DNA of 63,038 nt, counting the filler, from Pseudomonadota bacterium (GTDB taxonomy: Bacteria; Bdellovibrionota_F; JAHFAK01; JBDREC01), in the NCBI GenBank assembly GCA_043820105.1. It is 5 parts of 5 records of this genome, joined end to end, with 100 filler letters (N's around TTAATTAATTAA, not from the genome) between each part and the next. Parts side by side here need not be neighbours in the genome. Positions count along the whole stretch, not along the records: positions 15,267 to 45,297 come from JBDREC010000061.1; positions 45,398 to 49,464 come from JBDREC010000062.1; positions 49,565 to 63,038 come from JBDREC010000063.1; 2 more parts are not named here. The stretch is one strand, 5' to 3'. The position numbers were made by a program, and so were the translations under genes. The notes under the pieces are model-generated. The model did not search any database. It saw only the letters and a list, made by a program, of their open reading frames with translations, and was not told the DNA's origin. Below are positions 40,614-50,905 of this stretch, piece by piece (the stretch's first letter is position 1; every line of letters begins with the position of its first letter).

Positions 40614-43600
40614 TTAAGCATCCTTTTCCGAATTTCGGTGTTCTAGCAAAACAGAATAAATATCATTAATTTGCACACTAGATCCCTCAATCTTACCCTG
40701 AATACACAAACCATCCCTACATGATGGGCAAGAAGAAACTATATTTTCAGGATTAATTTGCTTAATATCTTTGAATAATTCCTGAGCTATTTTACCACCT
40801 ATTAATGGATGCTTATATCTGGAAATCCCAGCTAATCCACAGCATTTATCCAGAGTCTTAATTTTTCCAAAAAAACTTTCCAAAAACTTAATCTGATTAG
40901 TAGTTACTTCATCTTTATTATGACATGGAATTTTTATTCCTAAATTTTGAATTTTGAGTTTTGAATTTTGAATGAATTTTTCCCCCCTGTCCCCCTGTTC
41001 CCCTGTTCTCTTATACAAGTGGTCTATACTATCTTCTATTTTCAAATTCTTCTCTCCAATATCCTTCAACATTTCCAAACAAGTCGGACAACTGGTAACA
41101 ATAGTAAGGTCTTCTGATCCATTCCTTTCTTTTATAATTTTTATAGCTTTTTTTATTTCTTTTTCTAACTGCTCTTTCAGTTTTTCAGCTTTTGACAAAA
41201 AACCTTCTGCTTTATAAGGAAAACCACAGCAAATAGTATTTTTAAAATCCCAAAAAGGAATTTTCTCAAGCTCAGTATAATATTTTTCAAAAGACTCAGA
41301 AGCCTTTGGCTGAAAATAGCTTTCAGCACATCCTCTAAATCTTATTAGAGTAGACTCGTGACTATTTTCAATTTCATGGCCCTGCAATACTATATTATCA
41401 TTTTCATGTATTAGCTTGCCTTTTAATAAGGGATCATAGGATTGCGCTGGAATTTTCGGTGCATTTAAATATGTTCTTATTGCTGCTTGTTTAAAAGATA
41501 AAATACAAGCAAGTTTCATAAAAGGTAGCATGATTTTCTGAGAAACAGAAACTAAAGAGTGGAATAGTTTTTTAAATGACCAATCACCTAAAAGAGAATT
41601 TAAAATGATTTTTAACTTTTTATTCCCCCATTCACCTTGATCAATTAATTTGTAATAATGACTTTTTAAAACTTCAATATTTATATCACTGGGACAATTT
41701 ATATCACAGCGTTTGCAGTAAAAGCATTTTTGCAGTGAAGGTTCAAACTCTTTTAATATTTTTTTAATTTCCTTTGCTGAAAACATTTTGCTATGAATCA
41801 TAAAAACAAGCTTTTCTAATAAATACAGAATATCTTTTTTAGAAAACATTGTTTGCCAGGAAGATATTCCCCTAAATTCATAATTCAACCGGCTTTGAGA
41901 ATCTGTAACTGGACAAATATTACATGAAGTACATCTTGTGCATTTAGAAGCCAGTGACAATATTTCATTAATGTCATGATTTTCATTTCTTAATTTTTCT
42001 ATTTCTTCTGATGAAAAATTCAAAGCCCTAGCAGATATTTTTTGTGAAATCTCATTTTCTGCAAATAGCTTTCCTCTATTAAATATATCTTTGGGGTCTA
42101 AAAATTTTTTAATACAACTTATTCTTTGAAATTCATCCTTTGCCAAATAAGCATAAAAGTGTTTATTTGCTTTTCCTGAAATTCCGTGTTCACCAGAGAA
42201 AGCATACTTCATATTATCTTTACTATTTGCTGCTGCTAATTTTGCTATTGATTCATTTAAAAAAGACCAGGCTTTTTTTGAATCATCTTCATTATAAATA
42301 TCAAAACCCGCGACATTCCAATGCATTATTGCAGTATTTGGTAAAGACAAGTGCCCAAAAAACAAATCATTAATTTCTTTTTCATTAGCTTGGCAATGCT
42401 TTGTTTCATTCTTTATTATATTTACAGCTTCATTTAAATAGGAAAAAGATATTTCAGAATCTGTTTTACATTTTGACTTCATTTTTTTCGGCAAAAGCTC
42501 CCTTGGCTCAATCATTGCTGTAGCCTCAGAAGGAACATTTTCTAAAGAATAAATATCACTTATCCTAAAATCAATTTTAGCTGAAGGTAGGGATGCTATT
42601 ATTAATCCTAAATTCTTTTTAAGCTCATCTTTTTTATCTGCTTCACAAGAAAGCATTAAATAGGCTTCACAATCTTTATTAAATATATTTGGGAAATCAT
42701 TTTTCAAATGCATACTAATAGCTGGCTCAGTAATCATTTCAAAATAATGTGGGTTTAAATTTTGGCTTTTAATAGATTGGATAAAAGTAATAGCTTCACT
42801 AAGCTTTTCAAATAAAATAGATGAAGTAAAAGCATAGTCTAATTTTTTTTCAACTTGCAAAGAAGCTTCACTTATAATACCTGTGGTACCTTCAGCGCTT
42901 ACAAATAAAGAAGATGGATAAAAAGCTTGTGAACATAAATTCAAATTCACTTCACCTGATTTTATTCCATAGAATTTATTAAAAACTAAAAAGCCATTTT
43001 CTTTAACATATTTTTTTTCATATCCTGTTTGTGCAAAATATATTTCTTTTCCTGGGGAAACAATAGCACTTCCCGAAAGTAAAACCTCGTGAATTCTTTT
43101 TCCTCCATTACTGCCTGAAGCAATTATCCCGCCAAGACTAGCTCGAGGTGTGTTTGGCTGACATCTTAAAACAAAGCCTTCATCTTCAACAGATTTAATT
43201 ATATCCTTATATGAGGCTCCAGCTCCTGCTTTAACAGAAAATATTTGTCCTTCTTTGCTTGTTATATGATAATCAACTTTTTGTATTTCACCAAGGCCAG
43301 GAATTGCAATTGTAATGGATGGTGTATAAGGAATAATTCCCATATTATAACCGCCACCACCCCCAAAAGGAATGATAGGAATATTTTCTTTAAAACAAAA
43401 TTTGATAAATTTAAGTAAATGTTTTTTTGAATAAATTGAAGCAATTGCTTCTGTGGGAATTGTGCGAAATTCAGTTGAGTCTGTAGAATAAGCTTCGCGA
43501 GCGCCCCAAAGAGTATTAAAATTATTGCTTCCAATAATTGATTCTATTCTATATCTTTTTTTCTCAATAATGGATCTAATGCGAAGTGTTTCTTTTATGT

Positions 43601-43784
43601 TTCTTTCAATATAAGCAAAAAGATCTTTTGAGATAAGGTCCTTAAACTTATGTCTTAAGTCCTTTTCCCATGATTTATATGTACAGAAAAAAGGGAAATA
43701 TGTATATTCAGATATTCCTAAAATAATATTTTTATCTATAGGCAGGCAAAGTCCAAAAGGTTCAATTTTGTCATTATAATTCAT
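40614..43784 (-). CDS. FAD-linked oxidase / 4Fe-4S / CCG-domain fusion oxidoreductase (GlcD-GlcF-like)
   Basis: PFGGGGG, SAEGTTGII, SGEHGIS, CTRCTSCNICP, CFYCKRCDINCP, CCG x2. Confidence 0.88.
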   Translation of the reverse strand: MNYNDKIEPFGLCLPIDKNIILGISEYTYFPFFCTYKSWEKDLRHKFKDLISKDLFAYIERNIKETLRIRSIIEKKRYRIESIIGSNNFNTLWGAREAYSTDSTEFRTIPTEAIASIYSKKHLLKFIKFCFKENIPIIPFGGGGGYNMGIIPYTPSITIAIPGLGEIQKVDYHITSKEGQIFSVKAGAGASYKDIIKSVEDEGFVLRCQPNTPRASLGGIIASGSNGGKRIHEVLLSGSAIVSPGKEIYFAQTGYEKKYVKENGFLVFNKFYGIKSGEVNLNLCSQAFYPSSLFVSAEGTTGIISEASLQVEKKLDYAFTSSILFEKLSEAITFIQSIKSQNLNPHYFEMITEPAISMHLKNDFPNIFNKDCEAYLMLSCEADKKDELKKNLGLIIASLPSAKIDFRISDIYSLENVPSEATAMIEPRELLPKKMKSKCKTDSEISFSYLNEAVNIIKNETKHCQANEKEINDLFFGHLSLPNTAIMHWNVAGFDIYNEDDSKKAWSFLNESIAKLAAANSKDNMKYAFSGEHGISGKANKHFYAYLAKDEFQRISCIKKFLDPKDIFNRGKLFAENEISQKISARALNFSSEEIEKLRNENHDINEILSLASKCTRCTSCNICPVTDSQSRLNYEFRGISSWQTMFSKKDILYLLEKLVFMIHSKMFSAKEIKKILKEFEPSLQKCFYCKRCDINCPSDINIEVLKSHYYKLIDQGEWGNKKLKIILNSLLGDWSFKKLFHSLVSVSQKIMLPFMKLACILSFKQAAIRTYLNAPKIPAQSYDPLLKGKLIHENDNIVLQGHEIENSHESTLIRFRGCAESYFQPKASESFEKYYTELEKIPFWDFKNTICCGFPYKAEGFLSKAEKLKEQLEKEIKKAIKIIKERNGSEDLTIVTSCPTCLEMLKDIGEKNLKIEDSIDHLYKRTGEQGDRGEKFIQNSKLKIQNLGIKIPCHNKDEVTTNQIKFLESFFGKIKTLDKCCGLAGISRYKHPLIGGKIAQELFKDIKQINPENIVSSCPSCRDGLCIQGKIEGSSVQINDIYSVLLEHRNSEKDA

Positions 43785-43870
43785 AATATTTAAGTATATT
43801 TATTTTTTTCTTTATACTTTCAATATTTTATTCTAAAATTCAAGTGTTTTAAAATAAAAAGGATCTTTTA

Positions 43871-45046
43871 ATGAATAAGAATTATAAATGCAATTTTCTA
43901 TCTCTTATTATTATTATTTTCATGTTTTCAGCATCTTCTTACATCTTCTCCATTGAATCAAAAATTGATTATACGATAAAAAAAGGTGACACCTTATGGG
44001 CAATATCAAATGACTTACTGGGTGATCCCTATAAATGGAAAATACTATGGGATTTAATGCCAGAAAATGAAAGAGGAAATAATCCTAATGTAATAAATGT
44101 TGGTGATAAGATTACAATTGTTACAGACGAAAATAATAATCCCAAAAGAATACTTATAAATGCAAAGGAAGAAGTAATTACGGAAAATGATAAAATAGAT
44201 GAAAATATTAAGAAAATAAAAGAGGAAAAAATAATTCAAAAGAAAATCAACCCTATAAAGAAAAAAGAGCAAAAACCTATAAACACACTTGATGCAGAAG
44301 AAAAAGCATATAATGCTAAGCTTGAAGAAATAGAAAAAGAAAAACAAGCATCTAATAAGCAAGCCGAAATCACAGAAAAACCTCCTAGTTATCAATATAA
44401 CAATGTTTTAAAATCTTTTATTACTAAAGAAAAATATTTGGCAGCTGGAAAAATTATAAGTCTTGAAAAGCCAAGTATTATGATTTCTACAAATGACAAG
44501 CTATATGTAAATTTTATTGAGCCGGATAATGTCATTATTGGAGACCAATATTTTTTAGTTAGAAAAGAAGGGGACATTATACATCCAATTTCAAAGAAAT
44601 TTATGGGATATAAAATTGTTAAAACTGGAATAATTAAATTACTTAAAAAAAATAATGACCTTTTTACAGCTATTGTAGTTCAAGCATTTAAGGAAATAGA
44701 TACTCATGACCGTATTATTGATTTCAAAAAGCCTTCAAAAACAATAAATACTTCTTATATGAAAACAAAGGTAGAAGGTTATGTTATTGGGTCACCAGAG
44801 GACAAATTCCTTTCTGGATCCCATGATCTTGTTTACCTTGACCTTGGATCAGAAAATCAAGTTATTGAAGGAAATGTTTTTGATATTCTAAAAGACTATG
44901 CTGACCCAATATCCCAAGAAAGGCTTCAAAGAAAAATAGGGACATTAGCTGTATTTGAAGTTTTTGAAAAGTCTTCAATTGCAATGGTCTTAAATGCATC
45001 AGAATCAGTAATGAAAGGACAAGTAGTTAAATCCATTAATAAATAA
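43871..45046 (+). CDS. LysM peptidoglycan-binding protein (TsaP-like)
   Basis: signal peptide; YTIKKGDTLWAIS..NPNVINVG; C-terminal VYLDLG..G. Confidence 0.85.
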   Translation: MNKNYKCNFLSLIIIIFMFSASSYIFSIESKIDYTIKKGDTLWAISNDLLGDPYKWKILWDLMPENERGNNPNVINVGDKITIVTDENNNPKRILINAKEEVITENDKIDENIKKIKEEKIIQKKINPIKKKEQKPINTLDAEEKAYNAKLEEIEKEKQASNKQAEITEKPPSYQYNNVLKSFITKEKYLAAGKIISLEKPSIMISTNDKLYVNFIEPDNVIIGDQYFLVRKEGDIIHPISKKFMGYKIVKTGIIKLLKKNNDLFTAIVVQAFKEIDTHDRIIDFKKPSKTINTSYMKTKVEGYVIGSPEDKFLSGSHDLVYLDLGSENQVIEGNVFDILKDYADPISQERLQRKIGTLAVFEVFEKSSIAMVLNASESVMKGQVVKSINK

Positions 45047-45053
45047 ACCCGCA

Positions 45054-45297
45054 TTGTCCCCTTGTGAAACAAGTGCCACCTCATTAAATAATCAATAATC
45101 AACAATCAATTTTCAATAATCAATGGGGCACCTGTCACCAGAGCACCAGTCACCAGCAAGATACAGAATACCATATACCGAATACTGAATACTGAATACC
45201 GAATACTGAATACTGAATACCGAATACTGAATACTGAATACCGAATACTGAATACTGAATACCGAATACTGAATACTGAATACCGAATACTGAATAC
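45054..45297 (+). repeat. composite repeat cassette ending in a long GAATAC(T/C) array at the contig break
   Basis: same core and block order as 25036; 21-bp higher-order period (GAATACC GAATACT GAATACT). Confidence 0.9.
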
Positions 45298-45397
45298 NNN
45301 NNNNNNNNNNNNNNNNNNNNNNNNNNNNNNNNNNNNNNNNNTTAATTAATTAANNNNNNNNNNNNNNNNNNNNNNNNNNNNNNNNNNNNNNNNNNNN
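45298..45397. other. artificial contig linker
   Basis: N44-TTAATTAATTAA-N44. Confidence 0.98.
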
Positions 45398-45665
45398 TTT
45401 TGTTATATCTCATGGTGTACATTGAAGATAAATGTCGCATGCTTTCAGATAAACCAGAATTAGGAGTATGTATCAAAAGATGATAGTGATTGCTCATCAA
45501 GCAATAGCCGTGACACTGGAAATTCCATTGTTCTTTGACTTCTTCTAAAAGTTTTAGAAAATAATTTTTATCATTATCATCATGAAAAATATTTTTTCTA
45601 CTTCCCCCTCTGTTCATTAAATGGTACCAGGCACCATCATATTCAATTCTTGGAGGTCTTGGCAT
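45398..45665 (-). CDS. RAYT transposase, second copy, cut by the contig edge
   Basis: highly similar to the 287-1279 N-terminus; upstream IR GGGTCAGGCCTTGACA at 45724-45739. Confidence 0.9.
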
Positions 45666-45900
45666 TTATTTAGCTCTTTATTTAACTTGATAATGATATA
45701 TTTGTATATATTTTGTTGTAGATTGTCAAGGCCTGACCCTTCTTTTTTTTTTATTCGTGGATCCCAAAAGTTCAGCTATTTCAAAATGAGTCATTGCAGC
45801 TATTTTGTGCAATAAGTATAAATACGTCAACCCAGGGATATTGCTCGCTGACCCTGAATGAGCCTTTGTGATTTCTGATTTATTTACATTAAAACTTGTA

Positions 45901-46163
45901 CTAACAGCAAATAATGGTGTATTGAGCTGACAAATGACGCATACTTTTTGACAAACAACTATTGGGTGTATGCACCAATAGATGATAATGATTATTCATT
46001 AAACAGTAAGCATGAACTTGAAAACCCCATTGTTCTTGTATTTCTTTTAGCAAACGGAAAAAGTATAATTTATCTTTATCATCATGAAATATTTCCGAAG
46101 TGCACCCCGATTCATTAAATGGTACCATGCACCATCATATTCTATTCTTGGCGGTCTTGGCAT
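45901..46163 (-). pseudogene. RAYT transposase, third copy, frameshifted and truncated
   Basis: MPRPPRIEYDGAWYHLMNRG, then a frameshift to ..AYCLMNNHYHLLVHTP..; upstream IR variant at 46226-46255. Confidence 0.85.
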
Positions 46164-46303
46164 TTATTCTCACCTCTTCTGTTGGTTTAACAACTCACGA
46201 TAACAAGTATATCTTCGAAATATTTTTTTATTGCAGAATGTCAAATCCTGACACCTTTTTTATTAACAGCTGCTTTGTTTGTGTAGCGGGAACAATGAAG
46301 GGA

Positions 46304-47869
46304 TTATTTTATTTCTTTTATACTTCTAAATCTTAAAATTAATGATAATGATCCCAAGAGCAATAAGATTAAAAAGCCTTCGTCACCTATAACTTTGTTT
46401 GATGTACCAATAAATCCGCATCCTGATGAGTATACTTCCGTTTGACTTTCATTAAATTCTGAATTTGTATCGCCTGTATCGCCCGAGAAGTCCATATCAT
46501 CTAAACTACCTTCAAACAATGCTCCACCATATTCATAGGCACCTGTTGAATAACTACTTGTTCGTGAATAAGTTCTCTGATCGAGTGTCATGCTTGTTCC
46601 ATCAATTCTAGTTAAACTTCCACTCCACGCTTCTTTAGCTGTGGAACTGGAAGAAAGTTTAATAGTATAAGTTGATCCACCGTTATTGCACAACAAACAA
46701 TTTGTTGTGTCATCAGGACAAAGTGTTGGGCACTGATTACCTTCAGTTTCTCCATCTTCATCTGTTGCTTCGAATAAAGGGTCAGTACTATAGGTATTAC
46801 TACCTTCTGTGTTTGTAATACCACAATCTGAATTATCCTCGATAAAATTATAACCATATGAAGATAGGGTGCCATATTGATCGCAGCAATCAGGACCCTC
46901 CGTGCCATCATTATTTGCAATAATTGTTGATTTTAATTTTGTATCATTTCCCGAAGAAGATAAACCACCTCCTAAGATATCACTACCACCAGTATAGGTG
47001 TTTTCTGTTATAGTTGACGCTGTTATTTCAAGTGAATAGCTACAATTATATGAACTTATATCAATGCCTGCTCCAAAACCACCGCCAGTTAATAATTTGT
47101 TATTGTAAATTGTGGTATTATAAATTTTAGAAGTTGCACATGTTGTTGCTGAATTATTAAAACTAATACCTCCACCGGATCCCATGCGATTATATGTATT
47201 CGAAATATTATCGCTTATTGTTGAATTACTAATTGTTAAACTAGCTGTTGCTGAACTTGTATTAAATGAGATGCCTCCGCCTATGCATTTGGTTATACCT
47301 ACAGTACACAATGCTGTGTTATCATGAATATAACTATCTACAATTGTTAAAGTTCCTGAACTGTAAACTCCTCCACCGTAAGCCCAGTCTCCGCTAGTCA
47401 TTTCAACCTTATTCCCAGTTAAATTTATATGATCAAGAGTAAGAGTACCTGCATTTTTAATACCCCCACCATACTGATAGCCAGAGCCTTCAATATTTCC
47501 ATTTTGAATTGTCATATATCCCAAAACGACAGTGTAGCCACTTGTTATTTCAAATACTCTCCATGTCACGGTATCAGGGTATTCATGTGCTCGAATAATT
47601 GTGTCATCAGGGTCATCGCTATAGCCTGTTATAGTTAGATTTTTATTAATTGTTAATTGAGATGAAAGTGTAATTGTGTATGATGCATTAAAATTTATTG
47701 TGTCACCAGAGGTAGCAACTGCAATAGCTTCTCTTAATGAACAATCACTGTCACAAGTTCCATCATTGGTATCAGCTGCTTTTGTAACAATATATGTAGT
47801 TGCAAAAATCTGTGTTTGCATAAAAATAACAAAAAACATAACAGCACAACTTAAAATTATTTTTCTCAT
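46304..47869 (-). CDS. CSLREA-domain beta-helix surface protein with GCGF C-terminal anchor
   Basis: ADTNDGTCDSDCSLREAI, GGGI repeats, SYGYN, DQR..GAYE, SGCGF-TM-basic tail. Confidence 0.85.
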   Translation of the reverse strand: MRKIILSCAVMFFVIFMQTQIFATTYIVTKAADTNDGTCDSDCSLREAIAVATSGDTINFNASYTITLSSQLTINKNLTITGYSDDPDDTIIRAHEYPDTVTWRVFEITSGYTVVLGYMTIQNGNIEGSGYQYGGGIKNAGTLTLDHINLTGNKVEMTSGDWAYGGGVYSSGTLTIVDSYIHDNTALCTVGITKCIGGGISFNTSSATASLTISNSTISDNISNTYNRMGSGGGISFNNSATTCATSKIYNTTIYNNKLLTGGGFGAGIDISSYNCSYSLEITASTITENTYTGGSDILGGGLSSSGNDTKLKSTIIANNDGTEGPDCCDQYGTLSSYGYNFIEDNSDCGITNTEGSNTYSTDPLFEATDEDGETEGNQCPTLCPDDTTNCLLCNNGGSTYTIKLSSSSTAKEAWSGSLTRIDGTSMTLDQRTYSRTSSYSTGAYEYGGALFEGSLDDMDFSGDTGDTNSEFNESQTEVYSSGCGFIGTSNKVIGDEGFLILLLLGSLSLILRFRSIKEIK

Positions 47870-48064
47870 ACTATCCCTCAATAAATTATTACTGATTTTA
47901 AAAATTTATTATCTAATACTTTTGTCATTAATTTATTAAATTATTAAATATTTTACAATTAAAAAGAATAGGTGTCAGAGCAATAAAATTTATCTCTAAT
48001 AAAGTTAAATTGGTTTGTATTTGTTTTGATTTATTGAATATTATTTCCTTCGTACTGTATATTT

Positions 48065-48465
48065 TTATCTTTTTTTAAAGTTGAGGATAAAGAAAAAAGC
48101 TAAAAACATCATGGCAATCAATAATGGGGCAATAACTTCTTTATTATCGGATGCTGCTACAAATCCACAGCCATAGCTTGAAATTTCAATTGGCACATTT
48201 TGGGATGCTTCGCTTGACTCGTTTTCAAACATTGAGGGCTCAGTCAATATGCTTCCTCCATTGTTTTCAAAAAGAACAGAATCTGACAGCTTAAAAATGA
48301 CACCTAAATTTGAGGCACCCCCAAGAGAGGTCATTCCATAAAGGCATGGTCCTGTTAGGCTTGAATAGAGACAGGTTGATCCGTCCCCAGTTCCACCAGC
48401 AAATTCATGTAGAGGAGTAAATTCACTTCCATCAGTGTTTATCGAAAAAACAATTCCCAAGTCAA
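48065..48465 (-). pseudogene. 3' fragment of a GloVer-type tandem-repeat surface protein with GCGF anchor
   Basis: GIVFSINTDGSEFTPLHEF..LYGMTSLGG..GVIFKL; YGCGF-TM-KKR; 5' part replaced by a RAYT-type IR. Confidence 0.7.
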
Positions 48466-48513
48466 GGGAAACAGGTGTCAGGAATTGACAGGTTGTCCGA
48501 GAATAGAAACCGC

Positions 48514-48662
48514 AGGAATTAAAAAATAAATCCACATCCTGATGCAATTTCAAGAGTTGGATTATTTGAAGATGCGTTTTGGTGGTTATTGTTTTCGTTT
48601 ACAGTATTTGATTCTTCTGAATCTAAAAAGTTTCCTTCAAACAAAGGTTCATCGGAAGCTGC
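48514..48662 (-). pseudogene. third GCGF-anchor fragment
   Basis: minus-strand translation AASDEPLFEGNFLDSEESNTVNENNNHQNASSNNPTLEIASGCGFIF*. Confidence 0.6.
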
Positions 48663-49260
48663 AACAGAAAAACAAGCAAACAACTTATTATCTTGGAGGC
48701 ACTCTGGATTTCATGTACATGCTAGCGAACCATTTGACTTAAATGACAGAGAAGGACTTATATCAAGATTAAGCTATGCAGGGCGTCCACCTTTGGCTGT
48801 AAGCAGGCTTGAATATAAAAATAATATTGTATATTACAAAACAAAGAATGGACTTACATTATCATTTTCACCACTTGATTTCATAGGTTTAATAACATCA
48901 CACATACCTGATCATTACCAAAATGTGAGAAGATACTGTGGCTTTTACGCTTCAAATGTCCAAAGAACCTTACCAAAGTCTGAAAATAAAGAGGATTTAG
49001 TTTCAATAGATGAAGATAAAGCAGTAAGCATTGGCTGGGCTTCATTAATAGCAAGAATTTATGGAGAGCTTCCGACAATTTGCCCAAAATGCGGGAAGGA
49101 AATGAAACTTAAAAAGTTTATTCTTAAGGAGGAAGAAACAACTGCAATTGTACCTTGGTCAAAAAGAGCACCTCCTAAGATCAAGTTTCCCAAGTTTGAT
49201 GAAGTGTCAGATAAAATTGAATATGTTTACGAACAGCAAGAAGAAGTTTCAATGTTTTGA
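48663..49260 (+). pseudogene. IS91-family (Y2) transposase, C-terminal fragment
   Basis: WRHSGFHVH, YAGRPPLAVSRL, PLDFI..HIP..VRRYCGFYAS, WASLIARIY..CPKCG. Confidence 0.85.
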
Positions 49261-49323
49261 AAATTGGATTGTTGTTAATAGGAGAGGTTTGTTTAAAAAA
49301 CAGGAAAATTCTGTTATTTTTTC

Positions 49324-49464
49324 CATGAACATAACTTTTGCAAAGCACATATTGAGGATGATGAGTACATCCTCCTCAATATGTGCTTTATGTTGTAGTT
49401 TTTATATTTTTTGTGGCAATTGAACCTTTATACTTGAATATTATCCCAGAAAGTTCCTACGGAT
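49324..49464 (+). mobile_element. IS91-like element downstream (ori-like) end
   Basis: 17-bp-arm hairpin at 49342-49389; terminus AGTTCCTACGGAT; identical 141 bp in reverse at 62898-63038. Confidence 0.75.
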
Positions 49465-49564
49465 NNNNNNNNNNNNNNNNNNNNNNNNNNNNNNNNNNNN
49501 NNNNNNNNTTAATTAATTAANNNNNNNNNNNNNNNNNNNNNNNNNNNNNNNNNNNNNNNNNNNN
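49465..49564. other. artificial contig linker
   Basis: N44-TTAATTAATTAA-N44. Confidence 0.98.
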
Positions 49565-49621
49565 AAGATAAGTTCTGAAGCAACCTTTTAATCAACTATT
49601 GATATTCCAGAACCTGGAATG

Positions 49622-49674
49622 TGCCAATCGGATTGAAAACTGGTCCACGAATCGGACGCAAAAGTGGTCCACCT
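49622..49674 (+). mobile_element. isolated IS21-type terminal repeat
   Basis: TGCCAATCGGATTGAAAACTGGTCCAC..GCAAAAGTGGTCCACC, close variant of 3171-3223; no ist genes follow. Confidence 0.75.
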
Positions 49675-49855
49675 AGCCCAAAAATTTTTTAAATCATTAT
49701 CCTTATATAAGTTTTTTTCCTTTTTCAATAATATAATATACATTAGTCAATAATTGTCATAAAGCATCCAGAAAAAAAAATAACTACCTCTTGTTTAACA
49801 ATCCCTGATATGATATAATTATATAATAATATATATAATGGGTATGAGTTATTAC

Positions 49856-50160
49856 ATGAAACAACACTTTATCACATTTTTTTTCCTTTTAATTCTAATA
49901 GGATGCAACAATTCTACAACGCAAGATACTTCAGGACAAAATGGATCATCAGATTCTGAAAATACACCTAATTTTACAGCTTCAGGCTATATTGACACAC
50001 AAAGCATACTCCAAGGCCTTGATACAAATACAATTATTACAAGAACTGATATAATTACTAGAACTGATATTATATCACCAATAGGATCACCTGGAAGTTT
50101 TTTCTTTAAGGATAATGTATCTTTTAACAAAAATTATTTTAAAAATTCAAATTATGATAA
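49856..50160 (+). pseudogene. lipoprotein with IITRTD repeats, truncated at a junction
   Basis: LIGC lipobox; the frame continues into the antisense strand of the lyase gene. Confidence 0.65.
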
Positions 50161-50781
50161 TGATTTCATTTCAGGATTAATTGCTTTAACAATTTCACAT
50201 ATTTTTTTTATATCAGATACAACTAGCATTGGATTTGTTGGTGTTTCAAATAAAAGGCATTTTGCATTTGGATTGTTTTTTACAGTTTCTTCAACAGCTT
50301 CAAGGTTTGCTGTGTTTACTTCAACAGTGTTTATTCCATAACGATTTAAAACATTGAAAGCCAGATGTTCAGTTGCACCATAAATTACATCACCGATGAT
50401 TATTGTATCACCTTGGCTAGCTAAAGCAAGTAGGGTGGAGGCAACAGCGCTCATTCCAGAAGAAAAAGCGATGGTTGAAACTCTCAAATCTGGGTTTTGT
50501 TTTTTTACTTCAGCCCCTTCAAGAGCATTAATTTTTGCTTCAAGTAAAAGAACAGTTGGATTTCCAAGTCTTGTGTACATATAACCAGTCTTTTGACCAC
50601 CAAAAATATCAGCACCTTCTTGAACATCTTTAAAAACAAATGTTGAAGTTTGGTAAATTGCTCCAGTATGAGATGTTTGCTGCGGCTGACCAACGTGTTC
50701 ACCTGCGTGAACGGTTCTTGTTGTAAAACCACAATCTAAATAATATTTTTCTAGAAGTTCTAAGCTTTTTGAGTCTTCCAT
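50152..50781 (-). pseudogene. methionine gamma-lyase-like PLP enzyme, N-terminal half only
   Basis: IYQTSTFVF, YTRLGNPT, FSSGMSA, FETPTNP; stops just before the VDNTF motif. Confidence 0.85.
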
Positions 50782-50905
50782 TTTTTTCTCCATTTTGAAT
50801 AAAGTTATGGAAGCTTTTAGCATATTGGAAATGAATGACAATTAAAAAATATTGAATGTTTTTTTATAAATTTTTTGTTATGAAATAGATGTAAGTTTGA
50901 TATTA

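Noticed and set aside
45826-45870. GTCAAC..CAGGG..CCCTG stem as an IS200/605 omega-RNA or riboswitch
   Set aside because: Short stem only; no iscB/tnpB or recognisable aptamer
48466-48662. N-termini of ORFs 48065-48553 and 48589-49260 as given in the track
   Set aside because: They read through junctions into unrelated fragments
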